Shown here: positions 1-9,719 of the stretch, one piece after another
Position numbering within the stretch: position 1 is the first letter of the stretch
Layout: every line of letters begins with the position of its first letter
Source: Craspedostauros australis
Taxonomy: Eukaryota
Assembly (NCBI GenBank): GCA_030167865.1
Contig: JALAGF010006287.1
Coordinates: 62,001-126,000, forward strand
Length of the DNA: 64,000 nucleotides
Direction: 5' to 3'
Notes under the pieces: model-generated
The model's input: only the letters and a program-made list of their open reading frames with translations
Databases searched by the model: none
What the model was told of the DNA's origin: nothing
Made by a program: the position numbers and the translations under genes

Positions 1-750
1 TATAGAGGCACCGCCCAAATCGGGTTCGTCCTGGACGATGTCCGCACCATCCTCGTAGTGCGGTTTCTGATTCTGAAGCCGATGCTGCTTGTGTGCATTG
101 GCGGTCTGGAATGCATGTTCGAAGTCCACCTCGAGGTCTTCATGCCAATTGTCCAACGCCTCGTCGGCTTGCTTCGCAGTCAACGTTGCTGCTTTCGGAG
201 CTGCCTGCTTGGTAGATGCTTGTTGTGACTGGCTTTGCAGTTGCTGCTGGTGTTGCTGTTGCTGGTGTTGCATCATCTGTTGATGCTGCATGCTTTGCAT
301 CTGCTGCATTTGCATCATCTGCATCTGCATCATTTGCTGCTGCTGCCGTTGCTGCTGCACGAGCATCATTGGATTGGGTTGTGGCATGGCAGCTGCAGCA
401 TGCATTTGAGGATGAAACCCAGCATGCTGCGGATGCATCATGGCTGGCATTGCAGATGGGTTGGCGTTGGCATTGATTGGAGCATTCCTGGTGGTGTTCC
501 ATGCAGCATCCATGCTCGGGTTCTGCATCTGCGCGGGCATCTGCGCGTGTGCGGATGGCAGCATCAGCTGATTCGGTGCCGACAGCGGCATCGCAGCAGC
601 GGTCGTGGCGGAAGCCGCAGAAGCATGATTGAACAAGTTCGCCACCTGCTTCGACATGGCCGCCTGTCCCTGGTTGCTGCCAGCAGCTCCGCCCAGGAAG
701 GCGCGGGCGGCCTGATCGATGGCCGTGCCGGATGCTCCACAGTCTGCCAT
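1..750 (-). CDS. Gln/Met-rich N-terminus of a protein running off the window; probable peroxisomal PTS1 receptor PEX5
   Basis: Frame not in the ORF track. ATG at 750 gives MADCGASGTAIDQAARAFLGG..., a Q/M-rich tract, then ...DNWHEDLEVDFEHAF..., open to position 1. The N-terminal Cys motif and disordered Q-rich region resemble PEX5, but TPR repeats would lie outside the window. Confidence 0.5.
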   Translation of the reverse strand, partial: MADCGASGTAIDQAARAFLGGAAGSNQGQAAMSKQVANLFNHASAASATTAAAMPLSAPNQLMLPSAHAQMPAQMQNPSMDAAWNTTRNAPINANANPSAMPAMMHPQHAGFHPQMHAAAAMPQPNPMMLVQQQRQQQQMMQMQMMQMQQMQSMQHQQMMQHQQQQHQQQLQSQSQQASTKQAAPKAATLTAKQADEALDNWHEDLEVDFEHAFQTANAHKQHRLQNQKPHYEDGADIVQDEPDLGGASI

Positions 751-1580
751 TGCGTCTGTATGGTACCACCTATACTTCAGAGTATTGTATTATATTTGGT
801 ATCAATGAGGATGCCAGCGTATGGGACGTCTATCCCCACGAGTGCTCCAGAGTGCGATGCCAGGTGAAGCAGAGAAGAAATGAGGAAAGCGAAGGTCGGC
901 GTCTGCGTCCGCACACGCACATCTCGTAGCGCCGAGAACAACAACAAGGGTTTGGTTGTGACATCCACCCACACACGATCGCGGTCGTTGTTGTTCGTGT
1001 TGTCTCATTCCATTTTCGCGGTCAAGGGATTCCATCTCGTGACTCAAATACGACCAACATGCGTCATCACAACACACAAACGACTGTCAGTCGTGGGAGT
1101 CAATTCGCGCCAAAAAACTAGATTGATTGCACAGAGATGGATTCAGTCTGACGCCTCCCTGTTGAAGAGGTCGGCGTGCTGTTGCTCGACGTGCCTCACA
1201 CAGAGTGAAACTCATTTACAACACATGATAGTAAGACACATAATAGAGTCCACTTTTATGTTATATAATAGATCTGAGGACTCTTCTGGATTTACTCGAT
1301 GAAACGCAATCGGTGTTGCACGGTCACTGCTTTAATGGTGGATGATCCTCGGGCTGCCGCTGGCTTGGCTGTCGTTGCGTTCTTCGGTCCTGTTCTCAAT
1401 GCTCCAAAAAAGAATGTGCATCTCAAAATTGAGCATGTGCGAGTGCATATGTGCACGAGAGTGCAGAGCCGTGTGTATGGATGTATGGATGTATGTATTG
1501 AATCAACTTGTATGTGCTTGAATCATCACGAGACAGACAAACGTGATGGTACCAGTATTCCCACGAGTGCGAGTGCCGCA

Positions 1581-4449
1581 TCATTTCTGCGCCACCGACA
1601 GATCCGGCAGAGGCACTCCCTTATTGCCAAGGGAGGATGTGCTCAGGCGCCGCATGTGGTCTCCCCAGATCGGCGTGGAGACGCAGGTGTCGTCGCCGAT
1701 GCTGCTGATCTCAGAGACGGATTCGATTTGTGGCATCGAACGCATTGCCGGCGCTTTCTTGCTGTGCAGTGGGTGCTGCGTCTCGCTCCATCCTCCTCCT
1801 CGAACGGGCGTGAACTTGATAACGGTGTGCAGCGGAACTTCAATACTCATCGCCTTGTCCACCGGCGAGTTGCGAAAGTACGCAATGAGCATCTGCAGCA
1901 CGCTCACATGGCTGACCACCAGCGTTGGTGTCACCTGTTGCTCGATCTCCACAATCATGGACTCCAATCGTTGAATGAGATCTCTGTACGATTCGCCGCC
2001 CGGAAATCTACGAAGATGCCGAGACAAAGATGGCACCGCACCGTACATTTGTGCGAAGGGTGAAAGTGGCGAAAGGTAGTCAGTCACAAGCCGCATGGAA
2101 GCAGCGCGGATGAATAAATGCATGATCGAATAGATCGATGGACAAGTGAGTGAATGGAACGTGGGTGCAAGATAAGGCCACAAACTGTGATACGACAAAG
2201 GATGTGATTCTTCACAACGCGTCGTATCGTCGCCATGCGATCTGTGCATGTACCATGCCATACTCACCTCGTGTAGAATGGATCCTGTTCCAGTTGGGCG
2301 TACCACTCCGGATCTAGATCCTTCACTTCTTCAAGTTCTTTGCCTGCAAAATCGCCCTTATCCAATGGGTTGAGACTGGACTTCTCTTCCGTTTGGAACT
2401 CGTCCGTGTCCTTCCATTGGATGGTCTCCAACGCGCGCGGCATCGTGCTGGTGTATATCTTGATGGGAATATTGTTGTCGTTGGCCATGCCGGAGACGAC
2501 GGCGGCGGTGTCTTTCTGCTTCTCCCACGGTCCTGGCGCCAGACCTGTGATGGAGGTTCCAGTGGGCGCCATGTCCATCGTGCTTTCACGTCGCATCATG
2601 AAATCCACGGCCTCCTCAAAGACGAAGGTGAAGAGGTCCTCTCTGAATTGCTTGCCCATGCGGCCCAAGCTATCGCCTCGCAGCACCCTTCGACGCACGC
2701 GGTCCGACATGGCCATGATCTTCGGATTGACGACCTCGACGCGCGAGACGTAATCCTCGCCATCCGTCGTGACGTCATGGATGGTCTGTCCTGGACGGCA
2801 CAGGAAGACGGGCCTCGTGCCGATGTTCCATGCCATCAACGCCGGGACGATGAGCTTGGCCATGCGGCCGTAAATGTGATTGACAAGGAGCTTGGTGGAG
2901 AGGTTGAAGATCTTGATGTAGGACAACGAATCTTCCTTGATGGTCTCGTACTGCTCCTCATACTTCTTGACGCGCTGCTGCAGATCCGAGATGGCATCCT
3001 CCTGCGTCATGCCAGCGTAATCGGGGCTGTTGGAAACCTTGAATTTGAAATTCTCCTGCAGGAGTTCCTTGTCGTCGCAGATGGATTCGACGAAGACCAT
3101 GCCCGTCGGCTTGCCTTGCCTCTTCTCGGGCGACGTGCACTGATGCAGCAACCAGTCGCGGCGCTTCTTGGTGGAATTGGTGGCATCGAAGATGGCGATC
3201 TTGTCGTGGAAGCACTCGAGGTGGGCGCGGTGTCGCTTCTGTGTGCTGGACATGGATGCGAGGCTCTTCGTGCTGCCGTCGTCTTTGTGCAGGCCGTTCT
3301 TTCCATTCTCGCCCTTGGTCTCATCTTTGCTCTCGTCGCTCTCGCTGTCAGAAGACGAGGGTGAAGCAGTGGAACCGCCGTGGGTGCCGTCCTCACCATC
3401 CAACCACCCGAGCATGTCGTTCAATGCAAGTTCCGCAACCTTCTCACGCAGTGCGGCTGCTTCTGTGTTCTTGGAATCGAAAAAGTTGGCATCGCACTGA
3501 CCCGACGATGCGGTGGCTGCCGCATGCGCCTGACGACGGTATCGTCCGACGTTGAATATCCTGCAATCCACTCCGTACCACTGCATGAAGTGCTGCATCT
3601 TGCGTGCCACGAAGGACTTTCCGCGTGCCGGCAATCCCACCAGCACAATCACCAATCGGACCGAGTTCATTGTCAGTTTGCGTCGCTGTAGTTGTCAAAG
3701 TGCATCGGAGTACGAGTACGACGGATGCGCCACGCAAGAGGAAGTGAATGAGGATACCGAAGTGATGGCGGGAGTCATTGTCATTGTCGTTGCAGATTCA
3801 GTTGCAATTGCATGGTTGAATGCAGGGACAAAAGGGTAAAGAGAAGAAAGAATGAGGGAAGAAAGATTGGGGGTGTCAGAATACTCGTACAAACGCGTCA
3901 GACGGAACTGTGAGGTTTTGCAATTTCGATCATTGATAGAAAATTATAGAATGAGATGTGATGGATCATCTCTTTGTTCTCTTCAACAAGAACAAGAACA
4001 AGAACAACGACGGCATCGGCAACAAAGTGAAGATACGGGGTATTGCATCCTTGCTGTACCAATCTCTTGGATGTGACCTTGTTGCAGCGAGGGTGCTGAT
4101 GGATCGTCTTCTCGTTGTTGTTAGTCATGACGATGATGGTGATGTTGGTGGTGCTGGTGATGCTGGTGATGCGCGTACGGTGTGGCAGCGCAAACAAACA
4201 CGACCTGTGCCACATACCAAGAAAGGCGGCAACCAGCAACCAAGAATCTGCGTCACATCACGGACGAGAGGCCGACAAGGGGAGTGTCGCGAATGAGAAG
4301 CGCAGAGTCGCAACAAACTGTAACGCAACACAGCGCAGCACGATGTAACGTACAGGCTCCAGTCGATTGATGGTGAGAGGCGTTTCTTGCGCCAGCTCCG
4401 TGGAGCCTTTGGCGTAGTAGTCGGGCTTCTTCGTTGGTGTTGATGGCAT
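1581..4449 (-). CDS. PFKFB: 6-phosphofructo-2-kinase/fructose-2,6-bisphosphatase family protein (3 exons)
   Basis: Kinase motifs: VLVGLPARGKS (P-loop), FNVGRYRR, IFDATNST, FVESIC. Phosphatase-domain motifs: R|FPGGESYRDL, VVSH. Exons 4449-4354 (less certain; donor GTACGT, acceptor CTACAG), 3685-2268 (donor GTGAGT) and 2007-1581 (acceptor TAG). Phases are compatible. Confidence 0.92.
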
Positions 4450-4607
4450 GGTTGATCAGGAATGTACGATCAATGGTATTGCTCTGCTCTGCTCTGCTCT
4501 CTCTCTGCTCTGTGTTGATGTTGATAGTGATGTTGGAGATGACGGGTGATAGATGCAGCGGTCGTACGAAATGATGATGGAGCGGAGTGTTCGTATCTCG
4601 CTCTTGC

Positions 4608-4611
<4 letters not shown>

Positions 4612-4638
<27 letters not shown>
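4612..4638. repeat. (CT)n microsatellite
   Basis: Perfect dinucleotide run upstream of the PFKFB exon 1. Confidence 0.9.
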
Positions 4639-4641
<3 letters not shown>

Positions 4642-6081
4642 AGTTTGTTGTTGCTCGTTTCTCGGTGATCAGGAGTTGCTTCTGTTTGTGGCTGTTGTGG
4701 TCAGGTTCGGGATGATTGTGGTTGTGCGGATGTGTGGTCTCGTGATGTCCTTGCAACGAAAATGCGCAGTCGATGCGCGTGTTTGTGTGGGCGGTACGAG
4801 AGGCGCAAGGGAGAGCCTCTCTGCCGCTTCTGTGGTGGGAAGATCCTTCGTCTTGTTGTACGCATCGTCATACACAACTCTGCTGACACCACAGGTATTG
4901 GTGGACAGCGTCACGCCTCCACTGCGCGAAGAGGCACCACAATCATGTTGTTCGCAGTGACGAGAACGGCGAAGAAATGCAAAGAGGGCAACGTTTGGAA
5001 CAACCATGTGACGTAATCGCAGCGGCGTTACCAACACGAGGAACCCGTACTTTGGGAACAACACCGACACAGGACGATGATTTGTCCAAAATCAGAACAC
5101 AGAGAGAACTTCAATCTTGACGCCTTCTTCCCGCACTTCGAGTTGTGAGGTGGTGGGAATCTTGAGGACACACGCTTCGCTCCTCCGATCGTTCCTCGCA
5201 TAATTAACTGTCGTGGTGCCATAAATGGGTCGTGTCGTGATGACTCATCGTCAGATTCGTTTCCGGGTTTGGGACATGCGAACGACGAATCAGCACAACC
5301 AAGTTGATGGCTTGTTGCTCTTTGGGTCTGTGTGCTTCGCGCACCACGACAGGCGCAGTCCTTCCCAACGCTCTCTCATGTCTTTCTCTCACAAAATCAG
5401 GAAACGGCAACCAACCTCCAGAGTTTGTCTCAGTGACGGTCGTACTTCTCATGTTCTTTCCGGGATGTCCAATCCACCACCAACAACCATGGCGCAATGA
5501 ATACGGCACATCTCCGGCTGCGTTTGATGGCAACTGAGCATGAGCAGAGTAGAATAGTAGCTCGTAGAGTCGTCGTAGAAACGATGGCTCCCTCCTCACA
5601 AGAGAGTGAGCGAGCGAAATAGAGAGGTTTTGCGGCATCTGCGCCTGCTGCTGGACATCAAACGAGGAGCCACGAGCGAGCCACGAGCCACCTCACGCAA
5701 CTGCAGTTTGGGCAGCACTGCTGATGTCGTCGAGGCGGAGACGCGACTCCCATTTCTTCGCTAACTTCGACGTCGTCACAAACTTCATGATGGCGATCTG
5801 CAACTATCTTTGCAAGCATACACGTAGAGCATTCACATCGTGTTCATTTTTGTGCGGGCTCGTGCTTTACAAGGAAGGAATGTTCTCGTACACAGCACAA
5901 CAGTCCATCGGATGCACTGGAATGGACTCTGGACTGGATTGGACTGAACATCGCAACAAAGCACGAGAAGCCTATTATAGATCGTACTTTTGCTATATCC
6001 GCTACGCTCGCTCTGCCACCTACATTCTAATCCTTGGCATTCACTGATTTCGCTGCATCGCGCAGTCGAGTTGCAGCTCCA

Positions 6082-8985
6082 CTACCAACTAACCAGTGTG
6101 TGCTCGTGCAACCGCACCAACCGTGCGACGATGTTCTGAAGCAGCACCTTCGTTTCCTCCACATCTTCCGACTTGACCTCCTTGTCCTTGTCCACTGCGG
6201 AGTACTGGGCGATGATATCGTTCAGCGTCAAGGTGCCGTCGCAGATGCCCAGAATCTCGGCTTCAAGCTCATCCACCAGCTCGAACCACCCGGTCTTGTC
6301 GTGATGCATGGGCCGGTCGGGCATCCGCACCTTCGTCGTGCTCGTAATGTTGTCGGGTTCCGTCTCTCCTTCCTCCAACTCGTACGACGTTTCGAACGAC
6401 ACCGCCCCGGTACGTTTGGGACACAGCGGTTCCACACGAATGTCGCCCCCCTTGGATATTGCGCCCAGCAACGACTGGATATCCGCCTGCTTGCGTCGTA
6501 TCACGTAGTCCCCCATCACCAGCACTTCGATAGTGCCCATGGAAGCCAGGAAGCTGAGGATGGCGTCCGTTGGCGTTTGCACGATCGGTTCGCCGGGCAG
6601 AGTATTGAACGATGTGTTGAGCACGAGCGGGATGCCGGACTTCTTGTGGAACTTCTTAATCAGCTTGTGATACAGGGGCTCGGCCTCCGGGGTCACTGTT
6701 TGCAACCGCGACGATCCATCGACATGCGTCACGGCAGGAATTCGCTCGCGTTTGCTCTCGCGCACCATCGCCGTGATGCTCATGTACGGACTCACGTTAG
6801 CGTCGTCGTGCACGTCGCCGAGGTCGAACCATTCTGCCGCATGCTCCACCAGAACACTGGGCGCGAATGGTCGGAAGCTCTCGCGCTTCTTCACGTGTTC
6901 GTTGATGAAACGGACGAGGCCCTTCTTGCGTGGATCCGCGAGGATGGAACGATGTCCCAAGGCGCGTGGCCCGAGTTCGGAGCGTCCCGTGTACCATGCG
7001 ACGACGGCACCTTCCGCGATGTCATCGACGATCATGTCCACACGACGGTCTTCGTTGCGAATGGCTTCCACCTCCAGCCACGGGGCGGCCTTGTCGATGG
7101 CGGCCTTGATCTCGGCCTCGTTGTAGTCGATGCCCAAGTACGGCGACAGCGGAGCGGACCAGACCGGAGGTCGCACCACCTGATGGGCCTCATCGTCATC
7201 GGCTTTGGCGGTGCCATCTTCTTCGTCGTCATCGTCATCGCCACCGCTGCTTTCGTTGATTTCGTTGATCGCCTGCTTCTTCGCCTTGTCCAACTCTTCG
7301 TTGCCGAATAGAGCGTATGCGCAACAGCCGACGGCGATGCCGTCGTCGCCTGGATAGGGCGAGATGTACGTGCGTTCAAATCCGAGCTCTCTGGACAGCC
7401 TGCCGTTGAGGACAGAGTTGAGGCCGACGCCACCGGCGATGCAAAGGTTCGTCTCGCCAGTCTCGTCCTTGAAGTGTCGCACGAAGTCCATCACGATGTC
7501 CTCCAAGTCCGTTTGGATGCGATGTCCAAGCGAGATGGCATCCAATGCCACCTTCGTTGGCAGCTGCTTCTCTCCTTCCTCCTCCTTGTATTCGCCGTCC
7601 TTGTTCTGCATCGCCACGATGTCGATATCGTCATCGTCGTCATCAAAGTCGTACCGTCGCTGACGAATCAGATTACCTTCGTGGTCGAACAAGTCGGAAT
7701 CCATGCGTGCAATGTGTGGCATGCCCGTCATGAAGGTGATGTCCTTTTGGAACTGTTCGCCTTCCTTCTCGGAATACAGCTTCCCCGTCATGATCCTGCC
7801 CTCGATCTTCTTTGGCACGATGGTCTGATCCTCCCAGCTGTGGACGATCCATGGCGCCATGCCCATGAGCTTGCCGCAGGCATTCCAGTCGCCAAACACG
7901 TGTGACGACGCGCGGGAGTACAGCGCCCCGACGCTGTCCATATTCTCGAACCCGTGGTTGTACAATGTGGGCGACGAATTCTCCGGCGTGAACCGTTTGA
8001 AGACGGGACGCAGCGACATGGTCGTTCCCTTCTTTTCGTAGACGTAGACACTCTCGGCCTCGCGGTGATCAAAGTAAGCGATCTCGTTGCGCTGGCGGAT
8101 GTCGCTGGGGATGCACTGGAAGGATCCATCCGCAAAGTCCAAATCACTGACGTAGGTCGCATCGTTGGTGACTTTGCCGCGCAGCATGGTCCTGTAGGTT
8201 TCGCCCATTCCGTCCATGACCACGACCATGCCACGATCAAAGGGACTTTGCGCGGCGGTCGAGTAGGCATGGGCGAGATGGTGCGACATCTCCATCTTCG
8301 GAATTCCCGACAGCAGGTTTTCGTCGTCTTCGTATCCGCTTTCCACTCCGCCGTTGATGCTGAGTCCGGCCTCCCATTCCATGTGCCCCGCGTTGGCCTC
8401 CAACGGCAGGATCCTGTGATGGTGATTGTTCATGACGACCTTCTTGATGGAGTCGTTGTCCAAATCCAGATAATCCAGGCAGGCCTCCACCAACGACGCC
8501 ACGTTGCCGGAATCGTGCTTCTTTCGCGTGATGCGCTCCTTGGACATGGCAAAGAGGACTTCGCCCGTCTTTCGGTTGGCCACGCAGATAGCCGTGTCAT
8601 GCGAGTACTTGTTGAGGCCGACGACCAGCTCCACGTCGGGCGGCTGGGCCATCGACGATACCTCCTGCACGAAGGGATTGTTGGCGTCGTCGTAGAAATC
8701 CACCTCGAACGGTGTGGAATAGATGCGGGGCGCTCTTCTGGCGGCGCTGTGCTGTCGGGCAATCCCCGCATGCGATGGCTGGGCGATCCAGGCGGATACT
8801 GTGCGCAGGGCACGCGGATTGGCACCAGCCACGATGGCCAACGCGCAGATGGATCTCATCGTTGGTTGGCGGGTGGCGATCTTCATCTTCATGGATGCAA
8901 AAAGATCTTTCGACCGTGACAACGATTGGTCGGATGCAAGTGGTGATGGTGAAAGCGATGGTGCCGTTGGTGATCGTTTGTGCAA
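6082..8985 (-). CDS. O-carbamoyltransferase, NodU/CmcH/TobZ family, intronless, probably plastid-targeted, with a C-terminal PqqD-like extension
   Basis: Kae1-like domain: SHDTA, ERITRKKH, HHLAHA, VMDGMGE, AGGVGLNSVLNG, PGDDGIAVG. YrdC-like domain: GRSELGPRALGHRSILADP, KKRESFRPFAPSVL, SPYM, PAVTHVDGSSRLQTV, LNTSFN..GEPIV. The true start may be a downstream Met (MKMKIATR or MRSICALAIV), followed by VSA-W as a possible cleavage site. Confidence 0.95.
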   Translation of the reverse strand: MHKRSPTAPSLSPSPLASDQSLSRSKDLFASMKMKIATRQPTMRSICALAIVAGANPRALRTVSAWIAQPSHAGIARQHSAARRAPRIYSTPFEVDFYDDANNPFVQEVSSMAQPPDVELVVGLNKYSHDTAICVANRKTGEVLFAMSKERITRKKHDSGNVASLVEACLDYLDLDNDSIKKVVMNNHHHRILPLEANAGHMEWEAGLSINGGVESGYEDDENLLSGIPKMEMSHHLAHAYSTAAQSPFDRGMVVVMDGMGETYRTMLRGKVTNDATYVSDLDFADGSFQCIPSDIRQRNEIAYFDHREAESVYVYEKKGTTMSLRPVFKRFTPENSSPTLYNHGFENMDSVGALYSRASSHVFGDWNACGKLMGMAPWIVHSWEDQTIVPKKIEGRIMTGKLYSEKEGEQFQKDITFMTGMPHIARMDSDLFDHEGNLIRQRRYDFDDDDDDIDIVAMQNKDGEYKEEEGEKQLPTKVALDAISLGHRIQTDLEDIVMDFVRHFKDETGETNLCIAGGVGLNSVLNGRLSRELGFERTYISPYPGDDGIAVGCCAYALFGNEELDKAKKQAINEINESSGGDDDDDEEDGTAKADDDEAHQVVRPPVWSAPLSPYLGIDYNEAEIKAAIDKAAPWLEVEAIRNEDRRVDMIVDDIAEGAVVAWYTGRSELGPRALGHRSILADPRKKGLVRFINEHVKKRESFRPFAPSVLVEHAAEWFDLGDVHDDANVSPYMSITAMVRESKRERIPAVTHVDGSSRLQTVTPEAEPLYHKLIKKFHKKSGIPLVLNTSFNTLPGEPIVQTPTDAILSFLASMGTIEVLVMGDYVIRRKQADIQSLLGAISKGGDIRVEPLCPKRTGAVSFETSYELEEGETEPDNITSTTKVRMPDRPMHHDKTGWFELVDELEAEILGICDGTLTLNDIIAQYSAVDKDKEVKSEDVEETKVLLQNIVARLVRLHEHTLVSW

Positions 8986-9719
8986 GTTGAATGTAAGTAT
9001 AATTTATAATGTAATGCTCTATTATGATCCCTGCTTGCTTTGCTCTTCTTTTCTGCCGATTGATGACCGATGGGTTGGTTGATGAATGGATCGGCCGGTG
9101 GATCCGTTGATGGATCTGTGGAGTGGAAGTTCATTGGCTGTTAAGTCGCGGTGTTGCTGTGTTGATGGTGTTGTCGCGTCGATGTTGTTGATGGGTGGTG
9201 GTGGCTTCTCGTTCGGCAACGATCTTTCCCCAAAGAGGAAGAATTGGTTGGAGGTTCTTGAGAGGGACTAAAGAAGTTCAACCACGATTTCGATTGGATT
9301 CTGATTAGTCGTTTGAATCCAATGTGCAACACGACTGGTGATTCCCGCGGCCGATTTGGGTTTTTCCCAAGTTGCGTTTGTGACCATGGCGCACCCAATT
9401 GAACGGCACGAAACAGCAGCAACAAGGCGGAACCCCTCCACGATCCTGACCATGGCCGTGCACAGATGGCATTGAGCACATCGGGAGGACGATACTCCAC
9501 TGTCCCCTGCAATACGTTGCACCATACCATACCTCTCTACGTTGCACTGACATCAGGACGTACTCCGTGATAGCGATTGCGCAACATCGAACCCTCGTTG
9601 ATCGTGGCAGCATCGGTACGAATAGCACACGTTGACACGTTGTTCGGGTCATTTTACGAACCAAACGAAAAGGAAAGATTCCAATCGAAACGATCGAAAC
9701 CATCGAAACAACTGCAAAC

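Noticed and set aside
140..867. His/Leu-rich ORF 235-867 (+) and Ala-rich ORF 140-769 (-)
   Set aside because: Alternative-frame shadows of the Gln/Met-rich gene starting at 750.
6034..8919. Long plus-strand ORFs (425 aa and 321 aa)
   Set aside because: Antisense shadows of the carbamoyltransferase caused by codon bias; no motifs.
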